This document shows, in pieces, positions 39,213 to 53,343 of a DNA stretch of 64,000 nucleotides. The notes under the pieces were generated by a model, which saw only the letters and a program-made list of their open reading frames with translations, was not told the DNA's origin and searched no databases. Both the position numbers and the translations under genes were made by a program. This stretch comes from Octopus vulgaris (lineage: Eukaryota): contig OX597840.1 in assembly GCA_951406725.2 (NCBI GenBank), forward strand, positions 16,058,001 to 16,122,000, read 5' to 3'. The stretch's first letter is position 1, and every line of letters starts with the position of its first letter.

Positions 39213-39815
39213 CAGGAGTAGCTGTGTAATAAGTAGCTTGCTTACCAACCACATGGTTCCGGGTTCAGTCCCACTGCGTAGCACCTTGGGCAAGTGTCTT
39301 CTATTATAGCCTCGGGCCGACCAAAGCCTTGTGAGTGGATTTGGTAGACAGAACCTGAAAGAAGCCTGTCGTATATATGTATGTGTGTGTTTGTCCCCTC
39401 AACATCGCTTGATAACCCATTTCTTTATTACTCACAAGGGGCTAAACACAGAGAGGACAAACAAGGACAGACAAATGGATTAAGTCGATTACATCGACCC
39501 CAGTGCGTAACTGGTACTTAATTTATCGACCCCGAAAGAATGAAAGGCAAAGTTGACCTCGGCGGAATTTGAACTCAGAACGTAGTGGCAGACGAAATAC
39601 CGCTAAGCATTTCACCCGGCATGCTAACATTTCTACCAGCTCACCGCTTGACAACCGGTGCTGGTGTGTTTCCATCCCCATAACTTAGCGGTTCGGCAAA
39701 AGAGACCAATAGAATAAGTACTAGGCTTACAAAGAATAAGTCCTGGGGTTGATTTGCTCGACTAAAAGTGGTGCTCTAGCATGGCCACAGTCAAATGACT
39801 GAAACAAGAGAGTAA
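39213..39815 (+). mobile_element. second SINE family (tRNA-like head, CORE-like 'accttgggcaagt', central (TA)/(GT) tract) with a nested tail-A SINE
   Basis: gtagctgtgtaataagtagcttgcttaccaaccacatggttccgggttcagtccc...tgactgaaacaag; other copies ~1160-2298, 6478-6775, 7690-7995, 12045-12385, 19779-20160, 20585-20925, 24587-24988, 43310-43690, 56212-56572, 59664-60045. Confidence 0.8.
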
Positions 39816-40150
39816 ATAGAGAGAGTTAATGCATTCTGTGTAGCAGAGCATTGTGGGTTACTTCTGGGGCATGTTATTCCAATCCAACACCTGAAAGTTG
39901 AGGAAGGTGTTTAGTCAATTACATCGAACCTCAGTGTATGACTGGTACATTATTTTATCAACCTTGAAAGGGTGAAAGGCAAAACTGATGAGTAATGTCA
40001 GACAAGGAAAACTGTGCTTGCATGGATGTGATGTTCATGAAGGATGCAAATTGGGTGAAGAATTATTGCATGATCCAACTTGACTTTAAAAAAAAAAAAA
40101 AAAAAAAAAACAGGTTCCAAAGACAGACAGAAGTCAAAATAAATACTAAC

Positions 40151-40228
40151 ATCATGTTTCTTGCATATTTCCCACGACTGGTTTTCGCTGATCACATGAA
40201 CATGTGGACAATTGGATGACTGGCGCAT
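40151..40228 (-). CDS. USP20/USP33: USP20/33 coding exon 1 (start codon; exon begins at 40252 with 24 nt of 5' UTR)
   Basis: poly-T ttgcag acceptor at 40253-40254, then ATG MRQSSNCPHVHVISENQSWEICKKHD|gttagt; CPH supplies the first zf-UBP ligands; phase 0 fits exon 2. Confidence 0.88.
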
Positions 40229-40399
40229 TATAGCTGGCTTCGCTTGGACACACTGCAAGAAAAAAAAAAAACGAATAAAAATTAGCAAGCATCTATGTTA
40301 ATCATAATGAATTTTTTGGTTTGTTAGTTTCTAAAATATTATAACACACACAAATAAGTAGCAATGTTCACCATCATCATCATCATAAAGGCATTTTGT

Positions 40400-41420
40400 A
40401 CGTCTCACCAAGGTAGACTTTGCCTTTCATCCTTTTAAGGGCCAACAAAATAAGTACCAGTTGAGCACTGGGGTCTATGTAATTGACTTACACCCACCCT
40501 AAAAATTGCTGGCCTTGTGCCAAAATTTGAAATCATTATCTTTACTATCATTATTATTAAGGCAGCAAACTGGATGAAATGCTTAGCGGTACTTCACCAG
40601 TTGCTACCTTCTGAGTTCAAATTCCACCAAGATTGACTTTGCCATTCATCCTTTCGGGTTCAATAAATTAAGTACCAGTTATGCACTGGAGTTGGTGTAA
40701 TTGACTAGTTCCCTCCCACCAAATCTGAGGCCTTGCACCTCCAGTAGAAAAGATTATTATTATTATCAAGGTGGTGAGCTGGCAGAATCGTTAGCATGCC
40801 AGGTAAAATGCTTTGTGGCATTTCATATGTCTTACCTTTCATCATTTCAGGGGTCGATAAATTAAGTACCAGTAAAACACTGGGGTCGATGTATTCAACT
40901 AGTCTCCTTCCCAAAAATTTCAGGCCTTGTGCCTCTAGTAGAAAGGATTATTATTATTATTATTAATAATAATCTTGTGGTGAGCTGGCAGAATTGTTAG
41001 CATGCTGGACAAAATGCTTAGTATTTCACCCATCACTACATTCTGAGTTCAAATTGCGCCGAGGTCAACTTTACCTTTCATCCTTTCAGGGTCGATAAAT
41101 TAAGTACCAGTTGAATACTGGGATCAATGTAATCGACTTATCACTTCCCCCAAAATGGTTACCCTTGTGGCAAAATTTGAAACCATTATTATTATTATTA
41201 TTATTTAGGTAGCGAGCTAGCAAAATTGTTAGAACATTGGGCAAAATGCTTAGCAGCATGTTGTCCATCTTTACATTCTGAGTTCAAATGCTGCTAAGAT
41301 GGACTTTGCCTTTCATTCCTTTGGGATCAATAAAATTAGTACCAATGAAGCACTGGGGTCAACACAATTGACTTACCCAAACCCGTAAAGTTCCTGGCCT
41401 TATGCCAAAATTTCTAACTG
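40400..41420 (+). repeat. tandem cluster of about five SINEs (tails B and C)
   Basis: repeated head/body with (ATT)n linkers. Confidence 0.8.
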
Positions 41421-42249
41421 ATATTCATCATCTTTTAATGCCTGTTTTTCCATGTTGGCATGGGTTGGATGGTTCAACAGAAGCTGACAAGCCAGAGAAC
41501 TGCACCTAGCTCCAATATCAGCTTTGGCATGGTTCTCTTTGTGGCTGGATGCCATTCCTAATGCAAACCACTTTATAGAATGTACTGGATACTTTTTAAA
41601 TACAGTAATTCCTTGTCTACCGTGGGTGTTACATTCCAACCCCAACCCCCCATGACAGGTGAAAATCCGCAAAGTAGAAACAGTACTATAAATGCAAAAC
41701 AACACCACAGAGGAATTGATGTAAGCTTAAATAATAAACCACAATATGGCGAGGGATTACTGTAGCACCAACAACAGTGGGGGGCACACCACAAGGTAAC
41801 TCAAAAGATGAACTCCTTAACTGAAAGGGGGAAGTAATATTGAGGAAAGTGGCTTTATACTAAGTGATGAAAGGTTAAAGTAGGATAGAGGGTCTGAAAC
41901 AGATGTCCCCCACTACTGCTTGACAACCAGGGATGGTTTGTTTATGTCTCTGTAACTGAGCAGTTTGGCAAGAGAGACCAATAGAATAAGTACCAGATTC
42001 ATTCAACTAAAACATTTTTCAAGGCAGTGCCCCAGCATGGCAGCAGTCTTACGACAAACAAATAAGAGATGTTAAGTGTGAAACCTGAAGCACAAGTGAG
42101 CTGTGTGAGAGGGGATGGTCACTAAAGACATTAGCCGGCATAAGAAAGTTGGTATAGTCTACTGAATGAGTAATGTTACCCAGAATGCAAAGTTGCAGCC
42201 AAAGTGAGCTTTGAGGTTGATGGCTGGGTGTTAAAGGCATTAGCTAAAG

Positions 42250-42524
42250 CAGTGGTTCCCAAACATTTTTGAGCAGCTGTCCCCTTGACACCCAGGCCAC
42301 ATTCTTAGAGCCCCCACCCCAACTAACCATCACAAACACAGACCTCTTTCTGAAGCAAATTCAAAGCAATTGTATTTAACAAATAAAACTTAACCTAATG
42401 AACACATTATTTTGTTGTTTTTACATGAATCGCTACCCCGTTATTGCCCCACTTTTCTTCAATGTCCCCTTGGAACTTTCCACTGCACCCAGGGGAGCAA
42501 TATCGCCCACTTTGGGAACCATTG
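42250..42524. mobile_element. hAT (Charlie-like) MITE
   Basis: TIR CAGTGGTTCCCAAA / TTTGGGAACCATTG; 8-bp TSD AGCTAAAG/GGCTAAAG. Confidence 0.82.
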
Positions 42525-43454
42525 GGCTAAAGTATGCTGGAGATGACTATTGGAATAGTTGTTTGGAAGTGGTAAAATAACGAGTACTGAGTGAGAAAGA
42601 AGGGATACACTGAGTAATGCTCAACACATACAAACAGATGAGATGGTCATGGTTGGACCACTTTTGATTATGGGTTAGCTCAATCAGGGATGAACTACAA
42701 CTAAAACAAGTTCTGAATTATTTCTTTGTTGTAATCATGTTACCCACAATCACTATTACATGATTTGGAAGTAATTTAAAATCAACAATTAATAAACTGA
42801 GTCAATGAGGGAGCTTGTATGTGGTTGCTTGAATTGCTAGAAATCGCACCCAAATAAACTTCAAGAAATAAACAAGGCTGAAATGCTTGATCAGGTTCAC
42901 ATGGGCAGAACATAAATTAAAATAAGACATTTGCAGGCAGGTCCAAGCGTCCTATTATTTTGCAGGCCTGAAAATAACAACCAAGATTTACCCAAAGTGA
43001 CTGAGAAGATTCAGTAGAAAAGAATGAGAATTGTTGGTCATTGCATCGGTCACGTAGAAGAATCAGTGTGTCAACTGGTCTTATGACAGTTAGTTGAAAG
43101 AAGAATCAATAGGGGAAGAAAGCATCAAACCTATGTGGACAACTTGCTTTAAGGACAGTGGAATGACAAATGTTGAGAAATTAAAAACATGCATGGAGGA
43201 CCGTGGTGGATAGTGTGCTTGTATAAAATCACTGAAGCATTTGGGAAGATGGCCAAACTAAAACTGATGTGAAAGTGCTTACATGCTTAACCCTTTCTGT
43301 TGAAATAAGCTATCTTACCAACCACATGGTTCTGGGTTCAGTCCTACTGTATGGCACCCTGGGCAAATGTCACGACCAAAGCCTCGTGAGTGGATTTGGT
43401 AGATGGAAACTGAAAGAAGCCTGTCGTATATATGTACATGTATGTATGTGTGTG

Positions 43455-43489
<35 letters not shown>

Positions 43490-46099
43490 GTATGTTTGTT
43501 TGTCCCCCCCCCCAACATTGCTTGACAACCGATGCTGGTGTGTTTGCACCCCGTAACTTAGCAGTTCAGCAAAAAGAGACCAATAGAATAGGTACTAGGC
43601 TTCCAAAGAATAAGTCCTGGTCTATTTGCTCGACTAAAGGCGGTGCTCCAGCATGGCTGCAATAAAATGACTGAAACAAGTAAAAGAGTAAAAGTGTACC
43701 TTTACTTCAATTAATTTTGAAATTAATGAAGAATTTGGTAAATTAACTTTGTCATTATTAAGCTTATGTTTGGAATATAAATTAACATGAAATTTTGATG
43801 GAAGATTTTTAGTTTTGGTCAATTTAAAATGATGGGTTGGTTATTAAAGGAATTCAATATATTCTAGTAGTTGTTTACCTCTTCGTCAGTCTTGATCAAA
43901 AACACTTATGATGAAAAGTATTCCAGCCATGACAATCCTGTCCTTTTAAAGCTAGCTAGGAATATATATTATACAATGTCCTTCCCTGCTCTTTATAAGG
44001 GACATTTGACTTATTTCTAATAGGTCAATTGAAAAAGTTCTTACCATTTTTCATTCCATTTCCCACCTCCTGGCAATTTTTCAAAACTAAATTTACCCCA
44101 CCCACCCTCCTTATTTTGCTCAATATGACCTTGCACTTTTATCATGCTAAAACAACAAACAAAGAGGAAATTTTTAAATAACTGTTTTTCAACATTATTA
44201 TTTTAATTACAAATAACAATAAAAACAGTCACATCACAATGTTATTACACTTAATAATGACCTAATGAATAGATACCAGAACCAAACACATTCTTCTAAA
44301 TTAGACTGAATTAACAACAGCAATTATGAATTACACAATACAAATTGTTAAATTCTAAGTGAAACAATGACCAGATTTGATATTCTTTCACAAAACAGGA
44401 TTACTTCATATTTTCTCAACATCAAATTTTGTACAAAAAAAAAAGTACAAATCCAGAACCAGCAAAGTTAATTAATGAGAAGGTAAAATTTATCCTAATT
44501 TCAGGGCCCTAGATGTCGAGGCCTCCCTCTATGGCTCAATTTGGCTTGAGTGTTAGACCAGAGAAATGTACATCATCAACATTTAAAGTCCATTGTCTAT
44601 GCTGGTATGAATTGGATGGTTTGACCAGGGTTGGCAAGCTGAGGGACTGCACCAGACTCCAGTCTGATTAGGTATGGTTTCTACAGCTCGCTAACCTTCC
44701 TAATGCCAACCACTATGAGAATGTAATGGGTGCTTTTATGTGCTGCTGGCATGGGTGCTGGTTACGTGACACCAGTATCTGTCATGACTGATTTCACTCG
44801 GCTTGATGGGTCTTGTACTCAAGCAAGGCATGTTACTAAAGGTCTGTCATTTGTGGTTGCCTCCATGAGGCCCAATGCTCAAAAGTGGTTTTTACATGCC
44901 ACCAGCACAAGTGCCAGTTGCGCAACACTAGCATCAGTCACATTGCCTTCGTGAAGCTCAATGCTCAAAAGCTGCTTCTTACATGTCACGAGCACAGGTG
45001 CTAATTACACGACACCAGCATCATCCACATTGCTTCCATGAGGCCCAACACTCAATAGGTGGTTTTTATGTGCCACAAGCATTGGTCATGACAATGATTT
45101 CACTTAGCTTGACAGGTCTTCTCAAACATGGCATATCACCAAAGGTTTCGGACACTAGTCATTGCCTCCATGAGGCCCAACATTTGGAGATCATGTTTCA
45201 TCACCTCATCCCATGTCTTCCTGGGCCTACCACTTCCATAGGTACCCTCCACATAGTTGGGAAGCAAGTTTCTTAACCACACAGCCAAGATGCAGATGTG
45301 GTTACATGGTTAAGAAGACTGCTTTCCAGTTATGAGGTGTTCAATTCAGTCCCACTGCACAACAACTTGGGCAGGGGGGTCTTCTACAGTCCCAGGCTGA
45401 CCAAAGTCATGAGTGGATTTTGTAGATGGAAACTTCCATGAAAAATACAGTAAGGATTAGCATTAGGAAGGGCATCTGGCTGTAACAAATCTGCATCAAC
45501 AAATTCTATCTGACCCATGCAAGCATGGCAGACAGCATGTTAAATAATGATGATAGCTCTTAAGCAAGTTAACAGCCATTTAGCACAACCCAGGAACTGA
45601 ATATGGTGTGTCAGACAAACAATGCCTGAAATAACACACAACAACCAATGGAAGATTTTATATGTATGTATGTATACATATTTATTACACACATGTAGGA
45701 GGAGGTGCTGAAAAGTTCCTGGCTTTAAGGGTATTGTGAAAGGCCTGGTTGGGGGCCCAACCTTCCAAGTTCTTTTACAGGGCTGAGAAAAACTGAAGGA
45801 CCACTGCAATGAGTATGTGAATCTGAGAGGGGAATATGATGAATAAAATCATAACTAACTAACCCTCCTGTATTTTCTTTTACCCAAAGCCAGGAAGTTT
45901 TCAGCCCCACCCATTTGTGTGCGTGTCTGTAGGCACAGGCATGGTTGTGTGGTAAGAAGCTTGCTTCCCAGCCACATGGTTCCTGGTTCAGTCCCACTGC
46001 GTAGCACCTTGCATAAGTGTCTTCTATTATAGTCTTGGATCAACCAAAGCCTTGTGAATGGATTTGGTAGATGGAAACTAAAAGAAGCCCGTCATATAC

Positions 46100-47027
46100 T
46101 GGGTCATCCCATAAATAATACAGTTTTTTCAATTGCAAGAACTAAAAGTCTGAGGGGGACAAGATAAACTACCTGCATCAACTTGCTATAAAAGCAGGTA
46201 GTAATTTTACCTTGGACTTATTCTTTTGTACAAGTTTTGAAGAATGCAGTTCAATTTTAAGTTATTTTTTCAAAGCTGTAATGGAAATGACAGAGGAGCA
46301 TTTTTGCCATATTTTGGTTTGTGAGTTCAATAAAGGCAACAACGCAAGGGAAAGTGTGAAGAATATTAATGCAGTTTATAGGGATCGGACAATAACTATA
46401 CTCCAGTGTCAACAATGGTTCCAGAAACTCTGAGCTAGAAACTAGTCTTGAAAACAAGCCTCATCTTGGAAGATCTGTAGAGCTCAATGAGGATGTCCTG
46501 CAAACCCTGGTGGAATAAAATCCCACCTTAACTGTTGAGGAACTAGCAGAGACTTGGATTTGGTCAGTCAACCATTCATCGACATCTGCGTGTCATCAGA
46601 AAAGTCAGTAATTTGGGTCAATAGGTTCCTTATAAACTTTCCAAGTCTAATTGCATGCTGAGAGTGAATGTGTGCTCTCCTTTATGAATGAAACTTTTTT
46701 TAACTGAATAGTGACTGATGATAAGAAATGGGTTCTCTACAAAAAATGTCAAGTGCTGAAGACAGTGGGTAGGGAAAGGAGAAACACTAGCACCCCAGGC
46801 TAAAGAAGGTCTTCACTCATGTAGGGTGTTGTTATCTGTTTGGTGGGATGTGAAAGGTTTAGTCCACTTTAAACTTTTAAGCCCAAAGCAAACAATAAAA
46901 ATCTACAGCAAGCAGCTTGAGCAACTTAAGTGAGCACTAGAAGAAAAACGACCATCTTTGGTTTCAAGATGAAAGATGTTCTTCCATCAGGATAATGCTC
47001 AGCCATATACAGTGAGGATGACATTCC
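46100..47027 (+). mobile_element. degenerate mariner transposon, 3' truncated
   Basis: MEMTEEHFCHILVCEFNKGNNARE HTH start; remnants of WVP.KL, IVT.D.KWVLY, VLLSVWWD, FHQDNA.P; many stops. Confidence 0.85.
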
Positions 47028-48649
47028 TATACATTCGACTAAAAATTCAAGGCGGTGCCCCAACATGGCCGCAGTCTAAAGAGTGAAATAAGTAAAAGAT
47101 ATATAGATACACACATATACAAACTTAAAAAAAAAAGATAATCAACAGTACATACCAAATCAAACACAGCAGCTGTCTTCAAGAAGATCGAATGTTAGCT
47201 AAAGCTTTTAAAGGCATCTGAAACATTGGAAAATATAAATAATTATTAGTGACAGAAGTAGTATTAATATCAAGGCAATATTTATATCCAACTTAACAAT
47301 GGCTGTTGTGTTAGAACACCAAATACTGCAATAGCTACCTAGAGAGAACCTCTCATACAGACCCTTGGTGCATAAAAGCACTCGTATCTATATCATTGGC
47401 AAACGAGAATCATCTGCAGCAGCCGCTGGAAACTGCAAATGATTGTCTGTCAATGATATGAGTGCTTTTACGCACCGCAAGTTTATACAAGATGTTCTCT
47501 CTAGGTAAATAATGCAGTATTTGGTGTTCTGACAAAACATCCACATTAAGTTGGACATAAAGGTTGCCTTTCATAAATATATTTATATATAGGCACAGAC
47601 GTAGCTGTGTGGAAAGAAGCTTGCTTCCCAACCACATGTTTCTGGGTTCAGTCCCACTGTATGACACTTTGGACAATTGTCTTCTACGATAGCCTTGGGC
47701 CAGCCAAAGCCTTGTGTGTGGATTTGGTAGACAGAAACTGAGAGAAGCCTGTCATATATATATATCTTTACATATATAAAACTGAGAATGTGTGTGTGTG
47801 TGTCTGTGTGTTTCCCTAAAACTTGAGAACTACACAACCAATTTCATTCAAATTTTACACATGACTTACTTAGGGTCCGGGGAGTGTCATCGGCAAAACA
47901 ATTTTTTAACTTTTTGCCTAGGGCGAGCCCACAGCAATATCATATCTTTTCCACTACGATTCCCTAAAACTTGAGAACTACACAACCAATTCCATTCAAA
48001 TTTTACACATGCCTTACTTAGGGTCCATGTAGTTTCATGGGCAAAAAAAATGTTCAACTCCTTGCCTAGAGCGAGCCCATAGCAATATCATATCTTCTCC
48101 ACTATTTCAGTATTACGTGTTAAAAGTGAAACAAAAACGTTTCTCTATTTTATGTCAGATACTTTCACTTTAACAATAAAAATAATAATAACAATTGAAT
48201 TATATGTAGTAAGTAATAATTAAAATCAAACTAAAGTAACATGACAAAAGTAAAAATAGCAATTGGTATAAAATTGCACCAATGATTTGAACTTGAATAA
48301 GTGGTTTCACATGAATGGGAATAAATAAAAAATAAAATTAGCGTGCAGAAATGGAATAGTCCAAATGGATAATAAAAAATTAAATTATGTATTGTCCCCT
48401 CTATGTTCGCCCCTTGTGGGTAATAATAAAATCACGCGGCTCCAAGCTATTCTTTGCGTTATTAGTAAGTTGATATATTTTTGCTCTCGTACTATTATCT
48501 CTGTTATTATATACTGTTGGTCTACCTGTTTTGTCTATTGTTGTCTAACTGAAGTCGAAGTCAGCCTTCGCGTTGGTGTTCCCCCTCCGTGGGGGAAAAC
48601 TACAATTAATTTGGATTTACCAAAGGCTTGTTAAAGCCATTTGTTCAAG

Positions 48650-49971
48650 ATGGAGTCCCCCATCTCTTATTCGCCCGTGACGAGCGAGGATGAATACCCG
48701 GCGTTGTCGCCAAGAAAAAAGAGGCGTTGTCGCCGAGAAAAAAGAGGTGGCGTCGCCCAAGAAAATGGAAAAACCAGTACCAGCATCAACTCCAGCGAAA
48801 AAATTCGCTGAAGTGGCTGGGAAAAAGATTAAAAAAATAAATATAGAAAATTTGGAAAAATTTGCAGACTGTGTAAAAAAAGAAGGCACAGAAGTGACTG
48901 TGGCCACAAACATACAAAAACATGACGATATAGAAAAAAAAAGAATAATATATAAAACTTACGACACAACGACAAAAATGATCCAAAAAAATCGAAGAAA
49001 AAAAAATAGAGTTTTGTCTAAAACCTTTTATGGATAAAATAACGTATATAAACAGAGGAAAAAGATACGGCACAGTGGAGGTGCGTTTTACTACGGAGGA
49101 GATAGCGAAAAAACTATCGATGGAGCCGATCAAAACAGAAAACATTGTCTTACTACCATTGTATAAAGGAAAAAGGACGTCGAAAATTTCAATGAACAAC
49201 ATACCGCCAGAGGCAGATGCAGAATGTCTGGTGGCAGCAGTGATGGTAGGCCTGGAGGAAAAAATAAACATCCTCCAGGCCACAGTGGAGGAAGAGGAGT
49301 TTTGGAAAGGGCAGAAAATAGTGATAGCCATTCAGGCGGAGGTGCAAACACTGGAAGAAATTCCAGAAACGGTAAAGATTAGTGAAGACGAGAAAATAAC
49401 AGTTTTCGTGGAGGGCAGGAAGCCGAGGTGCTTCGGCTGCGGCAAGAAGGGTCATGTAAAGGCGGAATGCCAACCCCAACCCAAACCGCAGGAAGCACCT
49501 AAGCCAAGAGAAAAAGAAGATAATGTGTCACCAGAAGCAGCGTCGGACGGCCCAGAAGGGAAGACTGAAGGTGTGGAGGTGACGGTGACAGCAGAACCAG
49601 CGGCGGAGGAAAAAAAGAGCGAGGAAAAGATAAATGAGGAGGGGTGGGCAAAAATTACCGGAAAAAAAAAAAGAAAAACGGAAACCACCCCTCCCAGAGT
49701 AATTTTAAAAAAGAAAAGAGAGTCAATGAACTCGTATATGGCCGTAAAGGCAGCAAATAGCAGACTCGGAAACGTGTTGGCAGCCATGGCCAAAGTGGAG
49801 AAAGTAGTGAAAAAAAACGACTTTGTAATTTACAGAATAGGTCGGAAGGATTACGGGCGGATAAAGTCAGAATTCTTCCATGACGTAGGCCCACTTAGAT
49901 TAGATGTGACATCTCCACATATATTCGAGGGCCTAAGTCAGACTCCCCACGAGGCCCAGAAAAAGAGTTAG
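48650..49971 (+). pseudogene. LINE ORF1 (gag-like, zinc knuckle), frameshifted in A-runs
   Basis: ATG at 48650 (MESPISYSP...), three ~23-bp tandem units near 48700-48765, joins ORFs 48690..49037 and 49030..49971; knuckle CFGCGKKGHVKAEC. Confidence 0.85.
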
Positions 49972-50012
49972 AAGAACAAGAGAAAACCGAACCACTGATA
50001 TAAAGGTAAGTA

Positions 50013-53000
50013 ATGGATTACATTTATGTTGGTTGTTTGAATGTGCGCAGCCTGGGAGCAGGCTGGAAGCAAGGTCGCTTCCTGCATGATATCAGGTCGC
50101 GTAATTTAGATGCTATTGTTGCTACAGAAACCCGGTTAGAGGGGCCAAGAGGTCTACTCCCGCTGTTTGACGGCTACGAGAGTTTTTTCTCTCCTGGCAG
50201 TCCTACAGGCGGGAGTGGGGTGTTGGTCCTATTAAAAAGAAACCGGGTTTCTGAGAAAAAGTTAATTTTTGCAGATCCAGAAGGTAGGCTGGTCGTCATG
50301 GATTTGACGTTCAGTAATGGTAAAGTTATCAGACTGGTTGCAATTTACGCACCCAACCATACAGGGCAAAGTGATTATTTTCGTGAACTAGAAAACTTTC
50401 TTGGTACTTCGCATTCATTAGTGGTGCTAGGAGACTTTAACACAATTTGCAAAGCGGATGTAGATTGTGTTGGCTCGCGTCCAGATAGAAAAGGCAACAG
50501 TGGCTTCATGGAACTGCTAAGCCGCTTTGAGCTAGCAGATCCTTATAGGCTGGAATTTCCGAACGCTCCATTGTGGACATGGTCAAACAGCGACGGATCT
50601 TCACAGTTTACGATCAGCTCAGTGATCATAAAATGGTCACTTGTAAGCTTGACATAGATAAGGTTAAAAATAGAGGATCCGGTTACTGGAAACTTAATAC
50701 GTCCCTTTTGGCGATTAAGGAGTACAAAGACCGGATTAGGAATATAATTCAGAGGGCACTATCTGGTACCATCATTAATAACAAATGGTGGTACGCCCTC
50801 AAACGAGCCATCAAGTTTGAGTCTATTAGATATAGCATAGGAGTAGTGGCTAGAGAGGCTAGAAGGGAAACTACTCTAGTTAAGGAATTAGAGGAAGCCA
50901 TGAAAACTGGCTCTGCGGCTCAGGTGGCGTCCAAGAGACTGGTGTTAAACCAGCACCTCGAGGCCAAACACATGGGCTGCATTGTCAGGGCTAGAATCCG
51001 CCATATGGGATGTGAAGGAATCAACGCCGTGAGATGGGCCCGAGTGGTGGAAGCTCAGCATGGTAACGATGCCACGATTCGATCTTTGACGAACCAACAA
51101 GGTGAGTTGATAAACGAACCCGAGGAGATGTGTGAGGCCTTTCAGGAGCACTTCGCTCAGCTTTTCGGTGAGTGCGGCGGACTGGATAGGAGGAGGGCCT
51201 TTACGGACCTACTCGACGGGCTGCCGCGCTTATCGGGGCGAGATGCGGAGGGCTGTGAAGGGCCAATCACGCCTGAGGAGGTGGTTGAGGCAATGGCGGA
51301 CTGCGGCGCGGGCAAGGCGCCGGGTTTGGATGGTCTACCCTATGAGTTATATAAGAGTATGCCAGACTTGTTCGGGCACCTACTGGCGGAGGTCTATGCG
51401 AACTGGCAGCAGAACGGGCTTATACCCAGATCTGTGCGCCGGGGAGTAGTGACTCTCGTCAGAAAGGACCCGAGCAAGGGGGAGTGCATTGATAATTTCA
51501 GGCCCATCACTCTGCTAAACACAGAGTTGAAGATTTTGGCCAAAGTGTTATCGAAAAGATTGGCGCGTGTCGCGGATGGTCTGATCGGAGAGGCACAGAC
51601 ATGTGCCGTTCCGGGCAGATCCATTCAGGATAATCTCCATCTAATGCGGTACACTATAGAGGGGTTTAATAGTGATTCTGGCAAGGGTGGGGCACTGGTC
51701 CATTTAGACCAATCTAAAGCTTTTGATAGGGTCGACCATCGTTACCTGGTATCTGCCCTGGCACAGTTCGGGCTGAGCCTTGGCTTCCTCAGGTGGATTA
51801 TCCAAATTTATGATAACATCGACTCGGTAGTTCGGGTGAACGGCTTCTTGTCGAAGCCGTTCAAAATCAAACGCTCGGTTCGTCAAGGGTGTCCGCTCTC
51901 CCCGCTTTTGTACGTGATGGCTCTTGAGCCATTACTGCGAAAACTGAGCGGCATCCCGAGACAGCCAGGTAATGGAAAATCAGTGTCAGCGTACGCGGAT
52001 GACATCACCATCATCGTAACCGAAATGGACCACCTATGTAAAGTAGGCAAGGCCATAGAGGTTTACGAGACGGTGACAGGAGCAAAAGTTAATCGCGAAA
52101 AGTCAGTCGGCTTGCAACTCGGCACCTGGAGAGGCAAGTCGATGCCTCCTGACAGCGTCGTGGGACGTTGGACGGAGGGTCCGATTAAACTGCTAGGGGT
52201 CTGGTTCGGTCCAGACCTCCAAATAGAGAAGAATTGGGGCGAGGTAACGAGCAAGGTGGCTGCAGTAGCCAAGACCTGGTCTTGGCGGTGGCTATCCCTG
52301 AAAGGGAGGGCGGAGGTGGCCAATGTGTTTATCGCATCGGTTATCACCTACCGCCTTTCCGTCGTTCCTTGCCCTGATTCGTGGTTGATCAAGTTGGAAA
52401 GACAGCTCTTCTACTTCTTGTGGAAGGGCGGGAAACCACTTGTGAAACGCTCTACTTGCTGTCAACAACCGTTAAAGGGTGGGCTAGGGATGCCTTGGCT
52501 GATGATGCGCAGACATGCGCTGAGGTTAAGACATCTGTAGCTCTACCTGGATGGTGAACGGGTGTGGTCTTCGCTAGCAAAACTGATGTTTCCCAAGTTC
52601 ACTAGTTTCGGTGGATGGGAAACCTGGCTGAATCGTAGATCGAAACTTGGTACTTGGTACACGGAGTGTCGCAAGGCTCTCCTGCTATTCCGTCGCTCGG
52701 GCAACGCCTGCGGTGGGGGTTCCACCACATTCTTCTATAGAGGGTTGGTAGAGGCGGAATGTGAAGATACCTTGGGGAAACCCTAGGTCTCGACGATAAT
52801 CAGCTGGCCAGTCTGTTCCGACGTACGTTCAAGCCGAGGACACTGGACAACTTCCAGAAGTCTCTGGCATGGCAATGCTACAGAGGAGCTCTACCTGTTT
52901 GGGATAAACTCGCAAGGCACGGTGGCCAAGACAGTCCGATATGTCCAAGATGCGGGCAGGATAGGGAAACCGTCCCGCACGCTATTGTTCATTGTCCGGA

Positions 53001-53343
53001 CGTGTCTGAGGTGTGGGTTTATGCCGAACAGCTGTTGTCAGGTACACGAAGAGTACAGCTGTCGACTGAGTCGATTACAAAAATTGACCCACCGGATTTC
53101 CTCGTGAATGAAGGTAAGTTTCGTTTTCTCGTTGTAGTAGCAATTGCGAAAGAGGTGATATGGAAGACGAGAATGAAAGGTTTACAGTCAGGCAAGTTCA
53201 TCTCCGGCCCTGGTTTGATGAATTATTTCATCTTTCACCTGAAAAGGAAGATAGGGCTGGAGAGAATATGCCTGACTAGGAGAGTGTATGAAGAACGATG
53301 GAAGGATGTAGCACGAAAGTTGCGAGTGAAAGATACAACATAA
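50013..53343 (+). pseudogene. LINE ORF2 (APE endonuclease, reverse transcriptase, zf-RVT-like end), broken by frameshifts and stops
   Basis: CLNVRSL, ETR, AIYAPN, GDFN, SDH (EN); KAPGLDG, FRPITLLN, DQSKAFDRV, RQGCPLSPLLY, YADD (RT); CPRC..ET..H....C near 52940-52996; lesions near 50605, 52538 and 52784. Confidence 0.92.

Noticed and set aside
48650-53343. Active autonomous LINE
   Set aside because: ORF2 has an apparent deletion/frameshift near 50605 and stops at 52538 and 52784; ORF1 has frameshifts (those in A-runs could be sequencing errors).
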